A stretch of 63,978 bases of DNA, filler included, from Basidioascus undulatus (lineage: Eukaryota), in the NCBI GenBank assembly GCA_000826855.1. It is 4 parts of 4 records of this genome, joined end to end, with 100 filler letters (N's around TTAATTAATTAA, not from the genome) between each part and the next. Parts side by side here need not be neighbours in the genome. Positions count along the whole stretch, not along the records: positions 11,004 to 42,003 come from JTLS01000107.1; 3 more parts are not named here. One strand, written 5' to 3'. The notes under the pieces are model-generated. The model saw only the letters and a list, made by a program, of their open reading frames with translations. It ran no database searches and was not told the origin of the DNA. Of the stretch, positions 11,613-23,636 are shown one piece after another. A program made the translations under genes and the position numbers. Position 1 is the stretch's first letter. Every line of letters starts with the position of its first letter.

Positions 11613-13266
11613 GATAGTAAATGAGTGTAGTATACTGAGGAACCTAGGAGGGAGCTGTACGTGGTAAGAAGACGAGGACGAGAGAAGGGGGGAACAAAAA
11701 CGCACCGATGGTTGAAACGTCTTCCTTCTCCGTTAGCGCTCCCAGGTCATGTACATGCCCCACCTAATGCATTCGGTGCATCTTTCACCCCCGGATCTGA
11801 TTCAACTGAGGCGCAGAAAAGAACGCGCCCGCCCTTGGGGGGTTCACGAGCACGCAAAGCCAGCGGAAAAGCACATGTCGGCAGCGCACCGCGGACTTTT
11901 GAGTCGCGCGTCAGCCATCGGCGCCACGAGCGCACTCAAGAACCGGAGGAACCGGCCGCGACCTTGTTTGATGAATCTTCTGCTTCTGTTGTATTAATTG
12001 TCTAGGTAGACAGACACCCACGGCTGGGAAAAGATTGGAAAAAAAAAAACCAGGAACGCACGTTCGACACAGCCGAAAGCGTCCAACGCTCACCAACTTC
12101 TCGGCCCACGATCGTTTCACAAACGTGATGCGACGTGGGTTAAGGTGTGCGGTGCATGCCGCCTGACCGCGAGAATGCGCCTTCGCCATAGTGAAAAGCT
12201 GAGGCACGATCGTCTTGGTCTCTTTGTACTTGAAGAGAGCGAGGAGGGTAAAGACACGATTTGAGCAGTTACAGACATTCCTCTTGCCTGTATCGGTATG
12301 CAACGCCTTTGATCAGCGAAGGGTCGCGGTCGAAGAGGAAAGCCTTGAAGCCGGGGATGGGGAAGCACGCGCACCTCCAGCGGCCACTTTGCTGTGGAAG
12401 TCAGATCTTGTGATGTAGTTGTGTAGAACCGCCTTGAGTGATCGCACCGGGCACCCACGGGTCTTAGTGAACGGAAGGATTCGCAAGATGGCACGATGCT
12501 GTTAAAAGAGTCAATCACTGTAGTTATACAAAGGGGTGCGGACGCTGAGGGTAACTCCCCAAAGAAGGAACGACAGCCTCAATATCGGTCTCAAGCATTG
12601 AGCGAGGACAGACGTGGGATGAGGCCTGTTCTGCTTAAAAATGGAAGTTCTCAGTGGAGCCGCCTGCACACTGTATATTCGAGTCCTTGCACTCGCGTGC
12701 GACTCTCGCATTCATTGCCACTGAAATTACCGTCACTGCGTTCGGAAACCATGGCAAGAGCGTCAAGTGAATGAAATAACTTGCCATGAGCTGTGACACA
12801 GCGCCGTCTCCGGGGTGTCTTTTCGTGAAGGTTGGGTGAAGTGAATAGTATTTAATGCGGCTATATTATCTTGGTAGGCTGGACTGTTGAACGAAGTACT
12901 TGCGTGTATGCATGCTATCTGGAGTACTGACACGTCGCTCCCGACTGCCTTGCGCGGCGCCCAATGCATACACTGCTGCACATAGATACATACTTAAACG
13001 GTCTACCACCTTCTTTCTCTTTTCTTCTTCTTTATTTGATAATGTGCATTAGGGCACAGATCACTGACGGTCCGTGGTGTTTGTCCATGCGATGTTCGCC
13101 TTCAGCACCCCCCCCTCCACCGCTCAACTGACCCATCTCACTGTGAGCATTGTCTCTTTCCGCAAGTTCCAAGTCCCCAAGGGAAGCGCGCCCCTTTCTT
13201 ATTGGTGTGTGGCACAATAGCTAGAGATATCGTCTATGTGTATCCGCCACACTTCACCAATGCGAG

Positions 13267-13812
13267 GTGGCACCCTCTCCCATCCGTCTCACTATCTGCG
13301 CTCCTCCTTTGCATCTCTTGCGTTTTCGTACGTCAGTCACTGTCCACCGCCCGTTTTGCTCAGCCACTCCTCCCCCTACGCCCCGCACCTGCGCAAGAAC
13401 ATTACCATTGTCCTATCATGTTATCCCCCGAACACCACTCACTAACCCGGTTCGTCTCAACCAAGCTCTCACTCTCCGGCCGCGCTCGACCGACACCGAG
13501 CCGCACAGCCTCATCTCCATCCCCAACTCCTTTCGCCAGCTCGACCTAGAGACCCAGCGTTTGAGCGCGGAGACCGAGCACCTCCACGCCGAAGCAGAGA
13601 AAGTGCGTCGGGAGGCCGCAGCGCTCCGCAGGGAGGCGGAGGTCTTGCGCAGAGAGGTGGATGGACATGGTTCGCGCGGGCACTACGACTGTGAGGGACC
13701 TGGCAGAGAAGGTGAGCGCGGATCTGAAGGATGGAGATTGGGGATGAAGGAATGGGGGAAGGCGAGGGGCGGTGGGCGTGAGGTCGCATGCATCAGTGGG
13801 GTTTGCGAGTGA
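13267..13812 (+). CDS. Hypothetical coiled-coil protein (start uncertain)
   Basis: Heptad-like RQLDLETQRLSAETEHLHAEAEKVRREAAALRREAEVLRREVD in a GC-rich ORF. No family recognised. Confidence 0.3.
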   Translation: MAPSPIRLTICAPPLHLLRFRTSVTVHRPFCSATPPPTPRTCARTLPLSYHVIPRTPLTNPVRLNQALTLRPRSTDTEPHSLISIPNSFRQLDLETQRLSAETEHLHAEAEKVRREAAALRREAEVLRREVDGHGSRGHYDCEGPGREGERGSEGWRLGMKEWGKARGGGREVACISGVCE

Positions 13813-14428
13813 GTGCAGCGGACCGAGTGCAGGAGTCTCCTGCGGGATTTTGAGCCCCTTTGGGCAAACCAGAAGATACTATGTCCTTAGGGCTGATACT
13901 TGTGGGAGATCGACGAGAAGTCGTTTAAATTGTAGCTGGCAGGTGCCGTTGCAGCAGCGTTGCTTGGAACGGAACACGCCGAAGCTGCCGCTGTCCAGGA
14001 AGCGACCTTAATTCAATGGCTCTTTATGATCAAGGAATTGCATTATTAGTCACTCTACCTGATACGTTATCCTATTGAACATCCTTAACAGAGACCTCGG
14101 ACGTTGTCTCCCTGCTGTGTGACCAGTCGCACCGCGCGCTTGCACAGCAGCTAGTGACTCCGTCCTGCTGTAAAACCGGCGTGTTTCACGATTCTATAAT
14201 GTGAGGTTCTGAGTACTTTTTCAAGTGCTGGTGGTCAGATTTTCATCAGAGAGCAACAGAAACAGGCTGCCATTCCCTGACTGCGAGGCGTCACCAGCCT
14301 TCCCCGCTCGGTCTTCACATGATAGTCTCGAACAGTCCCTCGCGTTGAGCTTGCGCTCCTTCTCCTCTTCCCAGCACGGACCCTCAACCTCGTCCCATTC
14401 ACCCTAATCTCCGTCAAGGCCGCTGGGA

Positions 14429-17400
14429 ATGTCGACCGCATCGTCGCCAACAGCCGCGACGTCGTCCTCGTCAAAGCCAGCCTCGGTCGCAACGCCGTCC
14501 CAGCCGCCGAGCTACCGCGTCCGCTGGCTGCACGCCGCTACCGGGCTCGGTGAGTCCAAGGTCAAGACGTCCGCTTGATTGGCATACCTTGTCTCTCTGG
14601 TTGGAGCTGCATGGGCCGATGAGGAGGCGGATGAAGCGCGCGGAAGGTCTCGATTGGTCCTGAATGCTGACCATCTCAATGCGTAGACCTGCATACCGCC
14701 CCCGTCCAGGGCAGCTCTTCCGTTGTCTGGGCCGCATTCTCATCAAAAGTGCGCTTTCAAGCCCTAATGCACAATCATGTGGAGCGCTAAATTTCCCCTC
14801 GGCACGCAGGAGTCCGACCGCCTCGAAGCCGCGTACCAGCTCCTCCCGCTCTCCGCGCCCTCGCGCCAGCCCGCCCCGCGCCGGCGCCCCAAGCAGCGCT
14901 CCGGCTCGCGCTCCTCCTTCCTGCGCCCCAAGTCCTCCCAGTCCAGCCTGCGCTCCGCCTTCTCTGCCACGCCCGCAGACAAGATCGTCCATGGCAATGC
15001 GGCGACCGAGGCGGAGCAGGAGCAGCGCGAGAGGGAGGAGGAGAGGAAGTGCGGCCCGGGAGAGGGCGTGCCGGTCGGCCTGGATGGGCTCTTTGAGGTC
15101 GATGTGGCGAGGATGGAGGTGCGTTCTCTGTTGCGGAATTGCTTGTGACGGAGGAGGAACAGTGGGGAGCTGATAGCGATCGGCGGGGTGTGCTAGCTCT
15201 ACCCAGCGTTCTGGACGCTTCCGCCATCGCAACCCCGCCCAACGGTAATGCGTTGCACGTGGATGTATACACCCGACAAGCCGTGCGAGCCTGATCTTGC
15301 GGAGGAGCTGGAAGAGGCTTATGTGTGAGTGAGCGGTTCCACTCCTTCGCACTTCCAATCATTCCCTCTGCTCTCGCGCGTCCATCTGCACGAACTGAAC
15401 TTGCCCGACAACTTAACAGCTCCATACGACCGTGGGAGGAGTCCTACCCAGCTGAACTGGCAGCTGCGACAGTAAGCATCTCTTTCCCCTTATCTGCCAG
15501 CCGTCTTCCGGCCTCCCATCTGCCGCTTCCGAACCAAACACACCCATCTCACCCATCCCACACTCTCGCGCTCACAGTCTGTCGGCCAAGCTGCGCTCGA
15601 CAAGCTGCGCGTTCCGGTCACGACCCTCGGCTCAAACGGGACTGTCCTGTTCGAAGATGCCCACTCAGCGCGGGTCTTCTCGTGCGTTCTCGCCTCCCTC
15701 ATAGCTCTTCCCAGGACACATTCGCTTAGTCAAGCCCCTGCTCCAGCGGCTCCCTCCCCTCCCGGCTCTCCACGACCCTCTGGTCCTCCCTCTCCGGCTC
15801 CTTCCGAGCCTCCTCCTCCACCACCGCCTCCTCCTCGCGCCTCGCAGGCGGCGTGCCCGTCTACCGCGGCTACTCCTTCGCCGTCTCCCACTCCTCTTCC
15901 CCCCAACCCCCCTCAAATCCGCAGCAGCCGCGCTCCCGCCGCGGCAGCGCAGCCAGTGCATCGGGCAACGGCGGCCGGCCGCGGAAGAGCAGCACGAGCG
16001 TCGTGGCGAGCGCGATCGACACGACGACGGGCGAGGCGGAGGTGCTTGTTGAGGGAGGCGAAGAGCTCGGCGAGGAGGAGGATCCGAGTGCGAGGGAGGT
16101 GGACGATCTGGTGTTGATCGTGCATGGGATCGGGCAGCAGGTGAGCCCTTGCCGATTGAGAGGGAGGTGAGGAGAGGGTTGGCGCTGATGAGGGGAACGG
16201 GGACAGCTCGCGAGCTCATGGGAAGCGTTCAACTTCACTTACGCTGTGAACCTCCTCCGCGCAGGAGCAGTGTACGTCCGCCGTTCTCCGTTCCCCACGT
16301 CCCGCACACTCATTCCCTCCGCCGAATCCTGGATCCCACCTACAATACAAACAGCAAGCAGTCCACCGCGAACCCCGCTCTCTCCTCCGTCGTGCGCGAG
16401 CACACCACGCAGTACCTTCCCGTGCAGTGGCGCGCATCCATAGGCCTAGGGGACGAGGACAAGGATGAGGACGAGGAGGAGGGCGGGAGGTTCACGGTCG
16501 AGGATATCACGCCCGGGGGGATACCGTGCGTTCTTCGTGCTACTCGCGGGTCGGGAAGGGATGTGGGGACGAGGGAAGAGGGCGGAGGAAAGAGGAAACG
16601 AGGGAATAGGGCGGAGGGAATAGGGCGGAGGGAAGAGGAAGGCTGACCTGCAGGGGGATGGGAACAGGTTGATCAGGGATCTGGAGAACAAGGTCCTGCT
16701 GGATATACCGCTGTGTGAGTCGGCGGGGTGGGCGACCGGGGCGGCCGTGAGCGTGGGAGGCTGAGTGGGTGGGCTACCGCAGACATGTCGAGGCATAAGG
16801 AGAAGATGGTCAAGGCTGTGAGTCTTTCTCTGAATATCAACTGCTTTGTCCGGCCTCTGATGGACTCGCTTGGACCGGCGCAGGTGTGCAAAGAAGCGTG
16901 CGTTGAGCTCCTACTGTCGTAGTGGGTCGCATGGGCGGGGCTGACGCCCGCTTTGCGTCGTGCAGGAACCGGATATATCGCCTTTGGGTAGATCGGCATC
17001 CGGAGTTTCCGCAGACGGGTCGGGTACACATCATCGCTCATGTGAGTAGACCTCCGTCTCTGCGTCGCGGAGAACGCAGCGCTGACGTCCCTTTACCCAG
17101 TCACTCGGGTACATACCACTCCCTCATCCACCCTTTCCCCACGCCTACTCACCCCCGCACACCCCGCAGCGCCGCCCTATCCACCGACATCCTCAGCGTC
17201 CAGCCCACGCACGTCCCTGCGGCCCTTCCTCCGCCCGGCGACCCAATCGAAGAGACCCGCTTCCTCTTCGACACCTCGCGCCTCTTCCTCCTCGGCAGCC
17301 CCCTCGGCGTCTTCCTCCACCTCGAGAGCAAGGGGATCGTCCCCCGCCGCGGGCGCGAGCGCACGACCGAGGATGAGGAGGCTGTGGAGGGCGAGGGGCG

Positions 17401-18120
17401 GTATGGGTGCCTGGCGGCCGATTGCCTTTATAACATCTTCTACACTGTGAGCCTTCTTTATGACACTATGCTCTCACAGACCTTCAACTGACGAAAGCTC
17501 ACTCGGGCCACACAGCTCGACCCCGTCGCGTTCCTCCTAAACCCCACCGTGTCCGCCTCCTTCGCGCATTCCCGCCCCCCGAAGAACCTCCCCGACCTCA
17601 CGCCGGGCTTCCACACGCCGCGCCCGCTCCCCGCGCCCGAGCCGTCCGAGCCGTCCACGAACGGCGGGCTCCTGGGCGGGCTCCTTGGCGGCGGCGAGGC
17701 GCGCCCCAAGCTCGGCAGGAGGGTCACGAGCGGCTTGGAACTGTCGTGGGAGGGGGATACGGCGGAGCGGCGCATGGGGGGGACGAAGGCGGAACGGAGG
17801 TGCGTTTCGTTCGCGCGGGCGAAATGGCTGGATGGGGAGGATGAAGACTGACGCTGGGATGCGCGCAAGGCTGGATGCCCTCAATCCGCACGGTAACCTC
17901 GACTTTGCGATCTCGCACACCGGCCTCGGGAGCGAGTACATGGCTGCGCTTACCGCGCATGCCGAATACTGGGCGGACGAGCGGCTCGCGGCGTTTATCC
18001 TAGTAAGTTTTGGATGGAGGGGCGGTGTTGAGAGCAGGAGAAGGGAGCTGATGCGCGAGGAGGGACGCGCAGACGGAGCTCTATGCGACTGAGGAGGACC
18101 GCAGGAGGATCGGGATCTGA
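14429..18120 (+). CDS. DDHD-domain intracellular phospholipase A1 (DDHD1/Ddl1 family), multi-exon
   Basis: Motifs DDLVLIVHGIGQ, YLPVQWR, VEDITP, VLLDIP, spliced HIIAH-SLG-AAL lipase nucleophile elbow, FLLGSPLGVF, LYNIFY..DPVAFLL, LNPHGNLDF, AHAEYW. Confidence 0.92.
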
Positions 18121-18341
18121 TGCGGATAGTCAGGGAGGGCGAGGCGATGGGGAGGCGAGAACGTGTTGCTCACTATTATATCTAATTATCTGAAATGCTG
18201 CGCCGAGTTATCTGAAGAGTATAACTGGTTTCGCTTTGGTAAGGATCGCTAGAGGACTGTCTGGCACAGCTCAACCCTGCCTCCGCTCGTGAACATGTTG
18301 TTTTACGTCATTGAGGGCTCTCCATCTTCCCCTTCCCCCAA

Positions 18342-18953
18342 CTACAATCGCACTTCCCCTCCGTAGTAACTCGCAGTCATTCTCATACCCCCGTTGCCTC
18401 TCTCGATGCCCGTCTGGTGCCGGTTGTGCCTGAAGGACGGCGGCAGTCGGAACTGCCGCTCGTAGATGTACAGCATGCCGAGGAGAAGTCCACCCAGCAA
18501 AAGCGAAAGAAGGACGAAGAGGAGGGCGATGACTGTGGAGGCGGACATCAGTTTCGTGCTCGCAGTGTGCGTTTGCATTGGAACAGCAAGCAATAGGAGA
18601 GAACATACCGGCAGAGGCAGAGAATCTGCCCGGAAGGTAGACGCAGACGTATGTCTCCTCGGCTTGAGGAACGAAGACCAGGTCGTTCGCGAGCTCGGCG
18701 TAGAGGTTCAGGAAGTTCTCGAGCGTCGTGCAGGACAGGTCGGAGAAGAGGCTGCCGTGCTCGGCGGCGATAGTCGAGGCGTGCGTGCGGAAGACTGAGC
18801 TGTAGCGTACGGAAGATGTGGGGGTTAGTGAAATACCTGATAGGTTCAAGTCTCTGGAAATTAGCCATACCCTTGTGCGTTTGCCGCTGAGCAAAGAAAG
18901 CATAAGACGAAGAAGACGGCTGAACCCGTGCGAGCGGATAGAATCGAGAGCAT
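18342..18953 (-). CDS. Small predicted single-pass membrane protein (cassette gene A, copy 1; appears intact)
   Basis: MLSILSARTGSAVFFVLCFLCSAANAQG, intron 18870-18800, SVFRTHASTIAAEHGSLFSDLSC...GRFSASA, intron 18608-18533, then VIALLFVLLSLLLGGLLLGMLYIY (TM) and a short basic tail. Confidence 0.6.
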
Positions 18954-19351
18954 CTTCACAAGTGAGAGAATGGGAGTGGGGCGGGTCAAGTTGCTCTCGG
19001 TAGGAATATAGCCCCTGCTAGTGTACAGGGCAACACCCACTCCCTGTAAACAGCTCGAGGCGTGAAGGGGCAGGGTGGGTCACGGGCTGCTAGTGGCTGG
19101 GCAAGCATGCTTGAAGGCGTTCGCTTAGGTGTTTCATCGATCCGTCTGGCCATTGGACATATCAATATGAATGAATCGAAAGCTTTTGTACCTGATTGTT
19201 CGGCGTTGCCAGGTGGTGTAAGTATCCGCACGCGAGCTTCACCGGCTACATTCACGGATCAGGATCACGGCGTGCGCCCTGCACGTCCTTCCTTCGCCCC
19301 AGCGACCCCGCCACAGCGTGACAATGCTGCCTGGACACTCATTCGGCATAT

Positions 19352-19755
19352 AGGAGAATAAGATTCATCGTGGCCCCCCTTTCGATCCGGAGACGCTGCG
19401 AAACGCGTAACCAGGAGAATAATGGGTCTCGCTGCGTCCGCACGTCCACATGGACGCCCACCTCGCCGCCGCCGGCCAGCACGTTCTCGGAGACGCTGCG
19501 AAGTGGCATATTTCGAACCGTCCAGGGTTTGTGACGAATGGATATGGTGGCACGTTCACAAGGGAGGCAAGTTGCCGGCGGTGAGATTGAAAGGTTGCTT
19601 CAAAGCCGCTGCTGACACAGGGTTGCGGACGAATCGCAACTTGTTTTGAACAACAGTTCCTCGACTGGCTCGCTGAGAGGGCGGATACGACAGACGAAGT
19701 CAAACGTTTCGAGAAAATGCAGTACTTCCATCTTCCGAAGTTTGCCGCTGTTTGA
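19352..19755 (+). pseudogene. Peptidase inhibitor I9-like pseudogene (cassette gene B, copy 1)
   Basis: PGE*WVSLRPHVHMDAHL...NGYGGTFTRE|FLDWLAERADTTDEVKRFE matches the I9/subtilisin-propeptide pattern. Two TAA stops and a lost ATG relative to the copy at 23637. Confidence 0.55.
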
Positions 19756-19877
19756 AGCACGAAGGGTAGCTGTAAAGTGTACATACCGATGAATCTTTGT
19801 CGCAAGCTCTTACGGCTTGCCCCAAAGCTTGAATTCTTCAGGCAGCATGCCGTCGTTAAAGGGCCCTCCTCCCTCTT

Positions 19878-20248
19878 CTATAGCTCCAGCGACTCAAGTG
19901 TCTTGAGCATCCAGCAAAACAGGAAGACAAACATAGGATCTCTGTTTTCATCGCCCTTGAATTCAAAAGCATCTCGTTTGAGGTCTCAGCGTGTAGGTTC
20001 AGGAAAGCTTGGTGTGTCGTGCAGGACAGGTCGCAGAAGAGGCTGTCGTGCTCTGCCGCGATGGCCGAAGCGTGCGTTCGGAAGACTGTGCTGTGTGGAA
20101 GAAGTATCCTATGTTATTTTTTATAATTGAATTTTTTTAGTGATATACCTTTGTGCATATGTGGTGGAGCAGAAAAAGCAAAGGAAGAAAGGACAGTTGG
20201 GAGCACGAGGCCGGTGAGGCCGGTGTGAGCGCACAAGAATCAGGGCGT
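19878..20248 (-). pseudogene. Cassette gene A, copy 2 (ATG changed to ACG, no TM exon)
   Basis: TVFRTHASAIAAEHDSLFCDLSCTT...FLNLHAE is clearly paralogous to the 18953 gene, with the same first-intron position. Confidence 0.65.
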
Positions 20249-20941
20249 CTTTACAAGCGAGAGAATGAGAGAGGGGATACAGTCTCGTCTAGAAGTGTTG
20301 TAGCACCTGATGGCAATGCGAACAACATCCCTGTGCTGTAAACAGCTCCGGGCGTGCAGGGGCAGAAAAGCTCATGCTGCAAAACTGCAAGTTCTCGAAT
20401 CATTTCTACACTAGACGCATGTCATTTGTACAATTAACGTGCTTAGTATAAGTAGAAGAGGAGGGGATTCGGTAAACACACCGTTTGTTAACTGCGTGCT
20501 CATTGGACGCATTGGACACGCAGGCGGACTGCACCCTTTTGTTCCTTTCTTGCATACAGAGTGGCCCTCGAAATATCTTGTTTTGGTGGATCTACTTCAA
20601 GTTTCAATTACTCACATCACGCTCAAGGCAGGGAGTCCTCAGGTTTTCAACCCACATTTCAACGATCGCTCACTTTGTCAACTTTCCTTCTTGGAAGCAT
20701 CATAATTCGAGCCTACCTCAAGAGCTGGTTTTGATTTGAGCAAATATAAGAAAGATCAAAGCATGAAGAATAAATTGCCCTACGAGGAGGTTTTAGGTCG
20801 GAACATTGAGGGCAGTTTCCTCAACGTCCCTCCCTCCTTCTTGCCCTCTTTGGGTTTCTTCTGAACTACTTAAATACCTGGGGACAGAAATTTAGGTTGA
20901 CCAACGTTCTATTTTTGATTCCGAAGGGGAGGCAAGCTCAC

Positions 20942-22435
20942 TTACTCTGGAGCTACCTTCACAATCAAATTTGCGCTGCCGGCCGCGTTAGGGAGCTTGT
21001 TCCGGGAAGCATACTCCAACATACGAAGGTCCCGGTGTTGCATACGGCGATATCTGTGAGGATCATTCAGGAGGAAAGTTATGAGAATGTAGGAGGGTTC
21101 AAGGTGGCAAAGCTTTCCAGACTTGCCGCGGATGAGACAGCAAGATCGCAAGGAGCCCCGCCGCATGCAGCGCAGCTTGTGATTCCCCGGATTGATTTAA
21201 TGCACAACCTGACATTGTGGCGAGTGGAGACCTGCACTTACAAAACTTGTCCCATCCAGAAAAGCTCTCCTTGGGGACACCACCCGTCCGGACTGCCTTG
21301 TGCATGTGACAATCTCGTACCCTGGTGCGAACTTAATGAAGAGCACAGGTCTGTTACTCCCTGTATTATCTCCAGGATAAATACCCCTGTCTAGGGTTAA
21401 GGTGGAAAACGCACCAAATCCACCGCCAGTCCAAAGTTGGAGAATGGAGCACGGACATCCCCAATTATGTATCACGATACAGTGGTGATGAGGATCTGAA
21501 CTACGGAAAGGAAGCATATTGTGAGCTTACGTGGACGCCCCTACTGTTGTGACTGTGCGCAGACACGCCGGAGTTTAACGGCTTGCATCCGAATTTCAGG
21601 CAAAAGGAACGTTAACGCTACTCCTCCGGTGAACCAAGTGAACCAAAGGACAGACCATCCCTTGATTGCCAGCTACCACGACAGTGTGTACACCCAGGCT
21701 CTCCAACTGTGCTGTGTCGAGCCTAAATCATTTAGACACACCCCAGCAAAAATTCATTTTGTCTCATGCCGGGAAACACAGTACGAAAACAGCAGAACAG
21801 CAGGCCGGTCAGGTTTGGATTGCACTTCATCATAAACGTAATAGAATCTTGTTACAACATTCTCAGTGAGTGAACAATATAAGCACGTCTAACGCTCTCA
21901 CCATAGACAAGTGCTGTTGATGAGAGTTTATTTTCATCAGCTGCTGTTTCCACAAAACAAGAAAAAGCTTGGCTTCGCACTTGAGGTGTCGAAGCGGGTG
22001 CCTTGACCCGTGACCCGTACACCGATCAAGTTGACCCACTGATGATCTACAAAGTAAGCCCCACGACTAGGACGATAATACAAAGCTAGTTTCACGGGAG
22101 CTACGCCATAGTCGTCTGAACCGAAGACGAGACGCCTGTGACTGCTGTTTCATGACCGTCCACCTGTAAAAGTACCAATTGGTAAGCTTGTACATCTACA
22201 ACCTGTTGGTAAAAGATAGGGAAGATACTGTGATTGTTGATCTTACGGCGGAAGTGGTATTTGAGAGTTCACGCGGTCACCAAGAGCCATCCATGACGCG
22301 CCCGTCTGCCGAACTTGGCGGGGTTGCAGTCGATCCCCGTGCCCACGACATATCCATCGACTCCCCGGCCGGTGCATAACGGGAAATGCTTACAGATCAA
22401 AAAGACAAAGTGAAGAATTTCCAGGCGATCCAGTA
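20942..22435 (-). pseudogene. Subtilisin/proteinase K-like (S8A) serine protease pseudogene
   Basis: Motifs in the correct order: GRGVDGYVVGTGI..FGRRA; DGHETAVTG; YGVAP; VNLIGVRV; GVHTVVVAGN; DASR*TPA..TTVGAST; RAPFSNFGLAVDL|FAPG; DGTSF|AALHAAGLLA. Has a stop (21575-21577), a frameshift, and catalytic Asp changed to Gly. Confidence 0.85.
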
Positions 22436-22439
22436 TTGG

Positions 22440-22755
22440 TGCCTTACGGAGTGCTAGCGGCTGTTTGGTGCACGAATGGCTCAAGGGTCAAGAACCGACC
22501 TGGGCAAGGGCACACCGCAGCGGGGACTACTTGGCAAGTGTGCTGGTTGGATGGGGACAGGACAAGAGAGCAAGCGCTGGACAGACTGGGGACTAGGGGC
22601 AAGAGAGGCAAGATCGGATGGAGTGTGAGGCTAGCTAACCAGGGGGCTTATATAGACAAGATAGAGGGGGTGGAGCGAAAACTGCTAGAACTATGGCAAT
22701 GGAGTGTAGGCTGCTAGAATGTGTGGCAATAGTGTTGCTGGCTTGGTTCATGACA
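22440..22755 (-). mobile_element. Possible solo LTR
   Basis: About 316 nt, starting TGTCATGAACC and ending ...TAAGGCA on the minus strand, with an internal TATATAAG. It abuts the 5'-most subtilisin remnant. No clean target-site duplication seen. Confidence 0.3.
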
Positions 22756-22900
22756 CAAGGGATGTCTGTACCGATGAGATTGATCATGCTTTCTACACTT
22801 GCTGTGATTTGACTACTGTCACTCTTGCGTCTTGTATCAAAGCTTTGGTTCTAGAGATAGCACTTGGTTGTCGGAGTGCCATCCTCAGCGCCCTCCCTCT

Positions 22901-23271
22901 TCATAGCTCGAGCGTCTCAAGTGTCTGCGTGTTGAGCAAAACAAGAATATAAACACAGACCTATATATTCTGGGCCTGCCGGACCTAGCTTGTTTCCGAG
23001 CTTGGTATGGAGGTTAAGGAAGTTCTCGAGAGTCGCGCAGGTGACAGGTTAGAGAAGAGGCTGCCATGCTCTGCTGCGATGGTCGAAGCGGCGCGCGGAA
23101 GACTGTGTTGTAGAAGGAAAGGGTCCTCTTACTTTGAAAGGTAGATTTTTTGGATGACCTGATACCCTTGCGCATGCAAACGTAGTGGAGCTCAAGGAAA
23201 CATGGCAGGAAAAGGACGGTTGAGATCACGATGGAGAGTGCGGCTGAGAGTGCGGCTCGGTTTGCAAACAT
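22901..23271 (-). pseudogene. Cassette gene A, copy 3 (frameshifted)
   Basis: MFANRAALS..., then VFR..ASTIAAEHGSLFSNLS [+2 nt] CATLENFLNLH, paralogous to copies 1 and 2. Shares downstream sequence with copy 2. Confidence 0.65.
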
Positions 23272-23636
23272 CTTAACTTATGAGAAAATGGGAGTAGGGC
23301 AGGACAAACTCCGTCGTTGAAAGGACATACCGCCGGCTATCAGACAACTCGGGGCAGGAGAGGGCAAGAAAGGGCAGGAAAGGTGCGACACTGCCTGTTG
23401 CAGGGCAAGCATGAAAGTGTTCGCTTATTGCTTCAATCCGACTGGCAATTTAATATTTGAATATAGTCAGGAATAAATTGTGTGGTCCCTGTTGTTTAGC
23501 ACGGCCCCGGCCCTATCATCTACGGTATCTGCTTTTGACACAGGCTTCAATATGTTCAATGACCGCTTGCACCGTCTCCCGTCTCAGCTTCCCCACCAAC
23601 CCTCAAACATGTTGCCCAAACCCTCCTTCGACATAG

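Noticed and set aside
14471..15425. Long minus-strand ORFs (295 aa, 212 aa)
   Set aside because: Antisense shadows of the GC3-rich DDHD gene. The same applies to long ORFs opposite the MFS, OYE, NFU1 and 52-kb genes.
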